Source: a virus (taxonomy: Duplodnaviria > Caudoviricetes). Taken from it: a stretch of 48,102 nucleotides of DNA. How positions within the stretch are numbered: position 1 is the first letter of the stretch; every line of letters starts with the position of its first letter. A model generated the notes under the pieces. That model was not told the DNA's origin and did not search any database. It was given only the letters and a program-made list of their open reading frames with translations. Location of the stretch: positions 1-48,102 of IMG/VR virus record IMGVR_UViG_3300030330_000641, one strand, 5' to 3'. This document shows, piece after piece, positions 38,390-46,363 of the stretch. A program made the position numbers and the translations under genes.

Positions 38390-38587
38390 TTAGTAGTCTT
38401 TTTCGTCAGCTAAAGCCATGAAGTTAGAATCTATTTGATTCTTACCTGAAAGGCTTGCAGCGTTAACAGTAGACTCTTCGGATGCGGTGTATTTTTTATT
38501 AACCCAACTCTCCATTTTTTCTCTAGAAAGTTGTGCTTCATTTTCCATACCCATATCACCCTGTTTGTATTTGCTCATTAACGGCAT
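38390..38587 (-). CDS. Hypothetical protein (65 aa)
   Basis: AAGGAG RBS. Overlaps the upstream gene and abuts the portal start. Confidence 0.65.
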   Translation of the reverse strand: MPLMSKYKQGDMGMENEAQLSREKMESWVNKKYTASEESTVNAASLSGKNQIDSNFMALADEKDY

Positions 38588-41500
38588 TTTCTTCTCCTTG
38601 TTGGTTGGTTGATAAATTTAACTTATTCATTTGATTTCTTATTTCTTCTGCTTTAGGGTCTTTAATAAATTTTTTAATTATTTTGCCCCCATATTCATCT
38701 TCTATTCTTTGTGCAGCATCTCTTCTTCTTTGAACAGTAGCTTCTCTTTCAGGAAGAAATTTAGTTATTTCTTCATCTGATGTTCTTCTTGCAATGTCTG
38801 GAGCAGCACCTGCTAATTCAGATTCACTTAATTCTTCCATTGCACCTGCAAAAAAATCTGGGTCTCCTGTACCGAAAGCACTTGCTGCAATAAAACTTCT
38901 TCCTACATCTTTAAGTTTTTCTTTATAAACTTCTCTAGTAGTTACTTCTTTTTCAGGTGCTTTTGTTTTACTTATTAATTTAGCTATTACTTCTGGTGAT
39001 GATTTTTCTAAAAAAGTTCTTGTTTCTTCAGGATCAGCACTAGGAGTAAACCCTAATTCGTCTGTTGGTAAAAGGTTTCTACCTAAAACATCTTTACCTA
39101 GAGTGCTCATATCAGCAAAATAACTTCTAGTTCCTAATTCTATAGCAGCCTCAAGACCAATAGCCGATGCTCTAGCACTAGTGCCATAAAAAGGAATTAT
39201 AAAAGCTGCACCTTTTCCAAAACCTTTTAATGTAGTATTTAATAATTTTACATACTTGTGTTCATTTGTAGGTTTATATCCACCTTTTATAGTTTGTTTA
39301 AAATCTCCTTCTGTTGTATCTTCTACATCATCTATATCGTTAAATATAACAGCAGACCTTTTTGCAGTTCGTTCTATTCCTTTTGCTACTACGATTTGGT
39401 CTGGATCAGGGTAAGCAGCTTGAAATACCTGATTAAAACCAGTAGATCGTATTTCAGGAACAAAAGGTGTAGATGTTCTTAAATCTACAGTGCCATCTTT
39501 TTTAAACTTAATTTTTTCTTTTAATGGAGTTTCTAAATCCCCATCTTTTAATAATTCTTGTTCAGAAAAAAATACTACATCATCTATAATACCTTGATCA
39601 TTAAAAAATTGTAAATAAGGTTCAAGCCTCATTCTGTTTAACACTTCTTCTGGATATATTCTTTTTAAGTTATCACTAACTTCAGGAAAAGCATCAGGGT
39701 TATCATTAATTACTGATTTAAGATAGTCTTTACTAATATGACTAAAATCTTTATTATCACCTATAGGCTGAATAGATATAGCAATTCTATCTACTATTTC
39801 TCTTATATTTAAATCTCTACCTGAAAGATTGGAATATCCTACAGAAAATTTTTGACCTTGTTTAGTTTTTAAAAAATTATCTAAAGCATCCTCTATCATT
39901 ACTTTTTGATATTTAAATCTTTCTGCACCTGAGTTAGCAACATTAGGAGGATATTGTAAATAATCTAATTGGTCTACTATTCTTTTTGTTAAATAATCAA
40001 ATCTAGAAACTTCTTCTAAAGTAAGAAATATATCATTTACAACTTTTTTATCTAACTTTAATTCTGCACCTTTATTACCTAAAAATTTTGTTCCTGAAAA
40101 TATTTCAGACAAACCTTTACTGTTATTATCCCAACTACTAGAATCCCAGTCTAACATGTCTCCTGCATTGTATTTATATATAGCTGCTTCATCTAATAAA
40201 TTACCTAACATTTTCTTAACATTATTATTATATCTATTAAAATCTAAAGCATCTATAGATTCTTCTACAGCTTTTGTTGCATTATTTTCATCTAGTATTA
40301 TATTCTTTTTAATTTTTGTTTCAGATTCTCTATCATACATATCATCAATAGCATCTGTTTGTTTTTTATCAAATACTGCCTGAGCTATTGCAGCCTTGTT
40401 CCAATTACCCATCCTAGCTCTATCTATTTTTTCTTTTGTAGAATAGTCTGGAAAATTTCCTATAGTAGGTTCTTTTGTACCTTTAGGTACTTTTATATCT
40501 AATTTATCAGAAGTTACACCTAATTCTATTTGTTTTAGTCTATCTACCTGATCGTCTACAGATAGTATCTCTACACTGGGAGCAAATTTTTGATTAAAAC
40601 TTTTACCTGATTGTTTGTACCTACTTGTTTTTGTAAACTTAGAAATCTCTTCGTCTGTTTTTAAATCTATTTGTTTAATATTCTGCTCTACTATTTTTTT
40701 ATTTACAATTTCTTTTTTTCTATTTATTAATTTTATGTTTTCATCTATCTCTATATGTTTTTGATAAGTTCTATCATATTCATAAAACTGTCTTTGAAAA
40801 TCTAAATGAGTATCTAATATGTCTGCTTGTTCAGGAAGTATGTCAAATTGTTTTATGATACTACTTCTAGGATTTAAAGCATCAGAAGCATAAAATACTT
40901 TCATTAAGTTATCTTTATGACCTAATATTTCTTGAACATATTTAGAATCAAGACCTGCTTGTATAGCCATAGTAGCCCAAGCCTTTCTAAATTTATGAGT
41001 TTTTTCTCTGTTCCATACTTTAATATCAAACAAGGCTTCACCGTTGGGTCCTCTTTTTTGTAATACTTTGTCTAGCCTACCTAAGACTACATTATCAGAT
41101 ACAGGTTTTGATATATCTGTAGGTGATGGAAACAACAGAGAATTAGGTTTTAATTTTTTTAATTTTACTAATTCCATTAAATCTTTCTTCATAGTTTTAG
41201 ACATAGGCACTATTCTTTTCTTTTTACCTGAACCTCCCTCACCTTTGCCTCTTTCTATATATATTAAGTTTTTGTCAAAATCTATTTCTTTTAATTTTAA
41301 AGAACTAAGATCACCTACTCTAGCTCCTGTATGTAATTGCATCTTCATTAAAAGATAATAATCATCTCCCATATTTTTTAGTTCATCTAAAACTGCATTG
41401 ACACTTATAAAATCTCTGGCATTTTTTTTAGAAACACTTATCATATTCATGCCTGATTCAATTACATTAGATTTAGGCAGATTTTTTATGTTGTTTTGCA

Positions 41501-41594
41501 TAGCCTTATATTGCTTTTTTTGCAAAGGAGACCAATCACTTTGATCTGAGTTAGACCATTTGATTGTTTCATATCCGTATGTTTTAGTTGCCAT
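38556..41594 (-). CDS. Tyrosine recombinase catalytic domain fused to a ~770-aa unknown C-terminal region (1012 aa)
   Basis: HTGARVGDL (R), RGKG (K), HKFR (HxxR), ILGH (H), KVFY (Y nucleophile), all within the first ~240 aa. Confidence 0.85.
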   Translation of the reverse strand: MATKTYGYETIKWSNSDQSDWSPLQKKQYKAMQNNIKNLPKSNVIESGMNMISVSKKNARDFISVNAVLDELKNMGDDYYLLMKMQLHTGARVGDLSSLKLKEIDFDKNLIYIERGKGEGGSGKKKRIVPMSKTMKKDLMELVKLKKLKPNSLLFPSPTDISKPVSDNVVLGRLDKVLQKRGPNGEALFDIKVWNREKTHKFRKAWATMAIQAGLDSKYVQEILGHKDNLMKVFYASDALNPRSSIIKQFDILPEQADILDTHLDFQRQFYEYDRTYQKHIEIDENIKLINRKKEIVNKKIVEQNIKQIDLKTDEEISKFTKTSRYKQSGKSFNQKFAPSVEILSVDDQVDRLKQIELGVTSDKLDIKVPKGTKEPTIGNFPDYSTKEKIDRARMGNWNKAAIAQAVFDKKQTDAIDDMYDRESETKIKKNIILDENNATKAVEESIDALDFNRYNNNVKKMLGNLLDEAAIYKYNAGDMLDWDSSSWDNNSKGLSEIFSGTKFLGNKGAELKLDKKVVNDIFLTLEEVSRFDYLTKRIVDQLDYLQYPPNVANSGAERFKYQKVMIEDALDNFLKTKQGQKFSVGYSNLSGRDLNIREIVDRIAISIQPIGDNKDFSHISKDYLKSVINDNPDAFPEVSDNLKRIYPEEVLNRMRLEPYLQFFNDQGIIDDVVFFSEQELLKDGDLETPLKEKIKFKKDGTVDLRTSTPFVPEIRSTGFNQVFQAAYPDPDQIVVAKGIERTAKRSAVIFNDIDDVEDTTEGDFKQTIKGGYKPTNEHKYVKLLNTTLKGFGKGAAFIIPFYGTSARASAIGLEAAIELGTRSYFADMSTLGKDVLGRNLLPTDELGFTPSADPEETRTFLEKSSPEVIAKLISKTKAPEKEVTTREVYKEKLKDVGRSFIAASAFGTGDPDFFAGAMEELSESELAGAAPDIARRTSDEEITKFLPEREATVQRRRDAAQRIEDEYGGKIIKKFIKDPKAEEIRNQMNKLNLSTNQQGEENAVNEQIQTG

Positions 41595-43265
41595 CTAATA
41601 TCCAAATATAGGGTCTTGCACCTCATACCTATCAAACTCTTTAGGTTTTCTAAACCTAGGATGATAGTATGGGCTGTTAACTAATCTTGTCATGCACATA
41701 TATCTTAAAGCATCATAAGCATGATCTTCTGCTTTTGTATCTACATCCTCTGGGTTTGTTTTACTTAGAGGTAGTGTAGGTAAAGTTCTTATCAACTGGC
41801 TACAGTGATTAAATATTCTAAGTCTAGGTTCTCCCATATCATTCATACCTAAACGTTTGTGCATCTCTATCTTACCTGCCAGTCTGTCTCTGTTAGAAGC
41901 CATCCATCTTAGGTTAAACCTATTCATGGATTCTGCTATACTTAAACCATGTCCTGTTCTACTAAAACATGATTCGTCTAGCACTGCTGTTTGCATGGTA
42001 GGATCATCATACTCTAATTCCATAATCCTCTCTGCTAACCCTTCTCCTGTGTAACCTTTTCCGTAAAGCTCTCTATATATCCATAGGTTACCATCATAAT
42101 CGACAGCCCCCCATAAAACACAAGAAGGACTAGAGTAACCATAATCTGCAGCCCTAATACGAGCCCAAGACCTAGGAATCTCAAAGGGGTCAACAACATG
42201 TACTGTACGATCAAACTCAGCAAATGCTGCACCATCTGTAACATCCCAATCTCCATCTAATAGTCTTCTTCTCTCTACTTCTGGTAGAGAATATAACATA
42301 GCTTCATATTCCCCTGAAGCTATAAGATAGGGGTTATCCGTTAGTCTTGCAGGGATGAATCTTCTTTGGAAGAGGGGTTTTCCTGCTTTTTCTTGGGCTG
42401 AGGCTCCGTATCTGAGGATAGTACCTGATTCAACATCTTTAGCCCAAAAAGGCGTATTTGGTTCGGCAGCATCAATATACATCTTTTTAACCCACCAACC
42501 ACCCATTCCACCTGGGTTAGCTGTGCAACGCATGTACGGTATAATGCTTTGATCCGTTGTACGGAGTCTTGAACGAAGGTACTCCCATACGTAAGGAGTT
42601 GGGTAATGCGTGATTTCATCAATCGCAATCCAGTTAAAACTTTGTCCTTGATATCTTGTAACATCTGTGTCCCTATCTAAATATGAAAATAAAATCGTAG
42701 CCCCTGATGGGAATACCCAAGTCGATTTACTTTCTCTAAATATAGCTTCTGGGAAAGCCTTTTTATATAGTTGCCTACTCTTGTCTATAAGCTCTGTTAG
42801 TTCGCCCAATGTTCTTCTAAGAAGCAACCCTCTATGGTTTGGGTTGTGGGCATATCTTAATGCGTCTGCAAGTAAAGCATATGATTTACCTCCACCTGCT
42901 GCACCACCATAAAGAACATCACGTTCAGGTGCTGCTAAGAACTCCATCTGAGGACCTGGATTCGGTTTGAACGCTACTTCCTGTTCTGCAACAAGCTTTT
43001 TCACTGCTACAGGAGCATCTGCAAGCACATCCTCTGTCATTGCAGCTTTCCCTTGTATCGCCTTGTCCAAGTGTTTGAACTTTTCTATCTTCTCTTTCTT
43101 TAATTGTTTCTGCCTCGATAGTTGGTTCTTGTGTTTTTTAATCTTCTTATCTCTATACCGCAACTGGGCTAGAGCAGCTCTACGAGCTTTTTCTTTAGCT
43201 GATAATCTATATCGACCTTTCTCTCCTTTTTTGAGTTTAGGTCTTCCTTTCTTAGGTGTTTCCAA
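41595..43265 (-). CDS. terL: Terminase large subunit
   Basis: PGPQ adenine-binding motif, Walker A YGGAAGGGKS, Walker B IAIDE, CTANPGG, nuclease residues ADYG and DHAYDALRY. Confidence 0.95.
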   Translation of the reverse strand: METPKKGRPKLKKGEKGRYRLSAKEKARRAALAQLRYRDKKIKKHKNQLSRQKQLKKEKIEKFKHLDKAIQGKAAMTEDVLADAPVAVKKLVAEQEVAFKPNPGPQMEFLAAPERDVLYGGAAGGGKSYALLADALRYAHNPNHRGLLLRRTLGELTELIDKSRQLYKKAFPEAIFRESKSTWVFPSGATILFSYLDRDTDVTRYQGQSFNWIAIDEITHYPTPYVWEYLRSRLRTTDQSIIPYMRCTANPGGMGGWWVKKMYIDAAEPNTPFWAKDVESGTILRYGASAQEKAGKPLFQRRFIPARLTDNPYLIASGEYEAMLYSLPEVERRRLLDGDWDVTDGAAFAEFDRTVHVVDPFEIPRSWARIRAADYGYSSPSCVLWGAVDYDGNLWIYRELYGKGYTGEGLAERIMELEYDDPTMQTAVLDESCFSRTGHGLSIAESMNRFNLRWMASNRDRLAGKIEMHKRLGMNDMGEPRLRIFNHCSQLIRTLPTLPLSKTNPEDVDTKAEDHAYDALRYMCMTRLVNSPYYHPRFRKPKEFDRYEVQDPIFGY

Positions 43266-43701
43266 GTGCTTCAGCCTCTACATCTGATAAGTCTAACGCT
43301 TCTGCTTTTTTTGCAGGTAACAAAACAACAGCATGTAAATGTTTGTTTTCTGTTACTACCTCTTGTCGTTTAGATATACCACACCTATCAAGTATGTCAG
43401 TTGCTGCTTCAAACCTAAGTTTCTGTCTAGCTATTGGTTCTTCTGTTGTTCCTGATAAAGCATCCTTTATCTGTCCTACTGCATTAGCTGTTGTCGTTGC
43501 TAGCAACTCTTTTGCTCTGTCTATAATGTGAGGTCGCATAGCTTTCGATACTGAAGACCTTGAGGACTCCGAATAGCCTGCTTGCAATAGACTTTGGGTG
43601 ATATTCCCAAAGGTTTTTTCTCCTTCCGCAAAGTATGCGTCAAGAAAATTTTGTTGTTTTTTTGTTAACTCTTGTGATTTTTTAGGTTGTGGTGTTAACA
43701 T
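43252..43701 (-). CDS. terS: Terminase small subunit
   Basis: ELTKKQQNFLDAY...GNITQSLLQAGYS HTH-like region, AATDILDRCG, VVLLPAK. Overlaps the TerL start. Confidence 0.8.
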   Translation of the reverse strand: MLTPQPKKSQELTKKQQNFLDAYFAEGEKTFGNITQSLLQAGYSESSRSSVSKAMRPHIIDRAKELLATTTANAVGQIKDALSGTTEEPIARQKLRFEAATDILDRCGISKRQEVVTENKHLHAVVLLPAKKAEALDLSDVEAEALGNT

Positions 43702-44027
43702 TATCTTGGATATACCCTACCGCCATTGGCGTATCTTTTGTTTTGTGATATATATTTCATAACTCCACCTTCTCTTGCAAAGGTTTTAACATTAGTAGGC
43801 TTACCTCCTACTCCTTGTGCTTTTGATCTTTTACGTCTTACAGCACTAGCTATCTGTTTTTTAGACATTCTGTTTGCTTTAGCTCTAGGAACACACTTAG
43901 GATATTTTCTTTTAGAGCCTTTAGCAGACTTTCTACCACAAGATTGAAACTTACCGTTTTTCTTTTTGGCTCCTATGTCTACCCAGTCTCCTTTAGGTCC
44001 TTTACCAAACCATTCTTTTAGGCTCAC
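43701..44027 (-). CDS. Small highly basic protein (108 aa)
   Basis: LKEWF...WVDIG...CGR...KRKYPKCVP, with C-terminal KRYANGGRVYP. Confidence 0.75.
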   Translation of the reverse strand: MSLKEWFGKGPKGDWVDIGAKKKNGKFQSCGRKSAKGSKRKYPKCVPRAKANRMSKKQIASAVRRKRSKAQGVGGKPTNVKTFAREGGVMKYISQNKRYANGGRVYPR

Positions 44028-44410
44028 TTATATCCTCCGCCACGTTTTTTGTATGTGCGAACTAACCATGCATTAGCATAGGCTGAAGGGTAAACATCAA
44101 ATTTTCTTTTAGCTTCTGCTTTTACCCTAGCGTACAAAGAAGGGTTATTAGGAGTAGGACCGCTTTTTTTTTTCTTCTTTTTCTTTGCTGTAACTTTAGT
44201 TCCTTTTTTCATGTTTTGAATAGGACCACCTACTCTTTTAGATGGTCTAGCTTTTTTCTTTGCAGTCTCAGATAAATCTTTAAAATGAAATAGTTTTTTA
44301 CTATTTTTAGTATGAGTTTTACCTGTGTGCAAAGTACCATCTGACATTTTGTGGGTACTGCCAGTCCATTCTGTACCATTTCTTAAGTAATGTTTTACGC
44401 CTTTTGCCAT
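44024..44410 (-). CDS. Small highly basic two-module protein (128 aa)
   Basis: His-rich N-terminal module (THKMSDGTLHTGKTH) and C-terminal module LYARVKAEAKRKFDVYPSAYANAWLVRTYKKRGG. Confidence 0.75.
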   Translation of the reverse strand: MAKGVKHYLRNGTEWTGSTHKMSDGTLHTGKTHTKNSKKLFHFKDLSETAKKKARPSKRVGGPIQNMKKGTKVTAKKKKKKKSGPTPNNPSLYARVKAEAKRKFDVYPSAYANAWLVRTYKKRGGGYK

Positions 44411-44411
44411 G

Positions 44412-44711
44412 TTAACACTTCCACCTTCTTCTTGCCTGCCTTATGCGAGAGTTTGGATTATTTCTTGTTTTGGCAGAACTTCGTTTTAGTTGACCTAATG
44501 ATCTCGCACAATAACTTTTTCTTCTTTTAGCAGCTTTACTGCCTTTTTTTACTTTGCCAGTTACGGCTGTTTTTAACTTAGAGCCAGGATTTGCTTTACG
44601 ATAAGCTCTAACTCCTTTAGCTGTCATACCTGCACCAGACTTAGTAGGTCGGTAATTAGCACCCTTACCTTTAGTAGTTCTACGTATAGGGTTTTCTTTT
44701 TTTCTAGCCAC
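44412..44711 (-). CDS. Small highly basic protein (99 aa)
   Basis: GAGMTAKGVRAYRKANPGSKLKTAVTG...RRKSYCARS...ARRRWKC. Confidence 0.75.
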   Translation of the reverse strand: MARKKENPIRRTTKGKGANYRPTKSGAGMTAKGVRAYRKANPGSKLKTAVTGKVKKGSKAAKRRKSYCARSLGQLKRSSAKTRNNPNSRIRQARRRWKC

Positions 44712-45073
44712 TACGTAGTTCCCATAGGTTTTCTTGGGTTGGGCATATTAGCACTTCCACCATACTTCTTACCTTCAGACGTATAGGTTTTCATTTTGCC
44801 ACCAATAGACATTTTTCTTCTGGTCTTACATACGTTACCGCCTGTGCCCATGTCCATATTTTTTTTAAATCCTTTAGCCCCTACTTGAATAAGATAATCT
44901 TTTCTGGTAACTTTATCGTCACCGCTTAGGTCAGTTAGACCACCAGTTTTCATATTCTTGGCTGTTCTGGCTGCAGCAGCAAAATCTTCTTCTTTAGGTG
45001 CACCTGGGTCACCTTTCTTTCTCATCTTTTTGCCACTTCTTCTTCTTTTGTTTATGTTTTCATATAGTGACAT
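44711..45073 (-). CDS. Small basic protein with an EF-hand-like motif (120 aa)
   Basis: SLYENINKRR...GAP, DLSGDDKVTRKD, and repeated MxxGG. Confidence 0.7.
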   Translation of the reverse strand: MSLYENINKRRRSGKKMRKKGDPGAPKEEDFAAAARTAKNMKTGGLTDLSGDDKVTRKDYLIQVGAKGFKKNMDMGTGGNVCKTRRKMSIGGKMKTYTSEGKKYGGSANMPNPRKPMGTT

Positions 45074-45576
45074 TACATTTTCCCCTTTGATGGGTATATT
45101 TTACCACCGTTGGCATATCTTTTATTCATGGATGCGTACACCTTTCCACCGCCCATCATGCCGTTCTTTTTTTTCTTTTTAGTCACCATGCTACCATACA
45201 TCATGTCTTTTTTCTTTTTATCACCATGGACCATACTTCCGCCCATCATGCCTTTTTTCTTTTTAACTGAACTACCGTACATCATACCCTCTCTGTCTAC
45301 TTTTAATTTTTTAGGTAACTTCTTACCTTTAGCTTTAGCTGTCTCTCTAATACTTTTTGAACCTCTTAAGTCAGTGCCCATTTTGTACTCAGCATCTGAC
45401 ATAGACATTTTTGTATCTAAAAGCTTATCTAAAATTTTTTGCTTAGACATCAGTCCTGTTTCATACATACTTACGCCTTTACTTAAATCTCCTGCTTTTA
45501 AATCGCCTGTTTTTTGTAGATTCTCTAACGTCTCAAAAAAATCTGATACTTGTTTTGCTGTTGGTTTCTTTGCCAC
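45073..45576 (-). CDS. Basic K/M/G-rich repeat protein, first gene of the late arm (167 aa)
   Basis: GTG start with AGGAG RBS. Four (G/D)MM(Y/G)G(S/G)xV units separated by poly-K, with C-terminal KRYANGGKIYP. Confidence 0.75.
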   Translation of the reverse strand: MAKKPTAKQVSDFFETLENLQKTGDLKAGDLSKGVSMYETGLMSKQKILDKLLDTKMSMSDAEYKMGTDLRGSKSIRETAKAKGKKLPKKLKVDREGMMYGSSVKKKKGMMGGSMVHGDKKKKDMMYGSMVTKKKKKNGMMGGGKVYASMNKRYANGGKIYPSKGKM

Positions 45577-45611
45577 TTCTATATCTCCTAATTATTTATT
45601 AAATGCCTACA

Positions 45612-45707
45612 GAAGGGTGGGGAGAGGTAGAGAAAAACGTTGCATCTTCCTATGGCTTGCAAGCTCTTTGTGGGTTACGTATACTACCTCTCATGGTAAC
45701 CCCCTTC
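45612..45707 (-). ncRNA. Candidate structured 5' leader (pseudoknot) of the late transcript
   Basis: GAAGGG/CCCTTC closing stem, GGGTTAC/GTAACCC hairpin, loop GAGAGGTAG complementary to downstream CTACCTCTC, and a TTGCA/TGCAA stem. Confidence 0.55.
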
Positions 45708-45716
45708 ATGTACTTT

Positions 45717-45745
45717 ATTATAGAACTAATGTTGCATTTTGTCAA
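45717..45745 (-). promoter_or_regulatory. Perfect-consensus sigma70 promoter driving the late arm
   Basis: TTGACA-N17-TATAAT on the minus strand, with an A/T tract upstream (UP-element-like). Confidence 0.85.
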
Positions 45746-45764
45746 CACAAAAAAAAAATTTTAC

Positions 45765-45793
45765 TTGACAGTATGAATATTTGCATGTACAAT
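45765..45793 (+). promoter_or_regulatory. Divergent sigma70 promoter
   Basis: TTGACA-N17-TACAAT on the plus strand, back-to-back with the late promoter. Confidence 0.8.
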
Positions 45794-45797
45794 GGAC

Positions 45798-45870
45798 TTA
45801 ACCCTCCTGGGGTTAATACTATATATAGGTAGGCTTTTAATATCCCTCAGTTTTGACTGGGGGTTTTTTT
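45798..45870 (+). ncRNA. Candidate ~70-nt small RNA
   Basis: Bounded by a promoter and a terminator. 5' hairpin TTAACCC-TCCTG-GGGTTAA. No start codon within the predicted transcript. Confidence 0.55.
45842..45870 (+). terminator. Intrinsic terminator
   Basis: ATCCCTCAGT-TTTG-ACTGGGGGT hairpin (with G-U pairs) followed by a T-run. Confidence 0.75.
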
Positions 45871-46301
45871 ATGTTCCCTATATAAAGGTAGGCAAAACTA
45901 CTTGCGACTTATTCTCAACTAACTAAAAATTAAAAAAAATCTGGCATCTGTGTATACGTAGGTGTGGGTGGGGGGTAGTGTCGCTTGCGTACCCCAGAAT
46001 GGCTGTAATTAGCCATTTTGCTTGATGCTTAATTAATCTTTTAATTAATTACATAGTCTTCCTTTTTTAAACCTTGCACAATTCCACCAGTAAAAGCAGC
46101 TAGAAAAAACAATCAATACATCATTACCATTAATCAAATACATTTCGCACACATACACGCCATTAAAGAACATTTTGACAAATTAATTTAATATTATTTA
46201 GGGTCAATCGAGGGGGGGTGGGCGTGTCCTTTTTAACTGTAATAAAGGGGGCACTGGGCAATAGTTCTTATAAGTTCAATAAGTTACATATTATTTAGGA
46301 C

Positions 46302-46334
46302 AAAGAAAAACCCCCCTCAAATTAATGAAGGGGG
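46302..46334 (-). terminator. Intrinsic terminator after the 135-aa gene
   Basis: CCCCCTTCA-TTAATT-TGAGGGGGG-TTTTTCTTT. Confidence 0.8.
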
Positions 46335-46363
46335 CATGGGGAGGGAGCTCTGAAAGTAGGCTT

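Noticed and set aside
38556-41594. Recombinase as a prophage boundary or inserted mobile element
   Set aside because: There are no host genes, att-like repeats or tRNA next to it, and it is tightly coupled to the flanking phage genes. The HxxR motif also argues against a canonical protelomerase call.
41857-43947. Alternative-frame and antisense ORFs within the terL/terS region
   Set aside because: They are nested in well-supported genes and have no RBS or recognisable motifs.
45110-45832. 240-aa plus-strand ORF
   Set aside because: Antisense shadow of the K/M-rich gene (poly-F from poly-K codons). It has no RBS and runs across the promoters.
45792-45926. Short hydrophobic ORF MDLTLLGLILYIG... 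on the plus strand
   Set aside because: Its ATG overlaps the -10 box, upstream of the predicted transcription start. It has no RBS and crosses a terminator.
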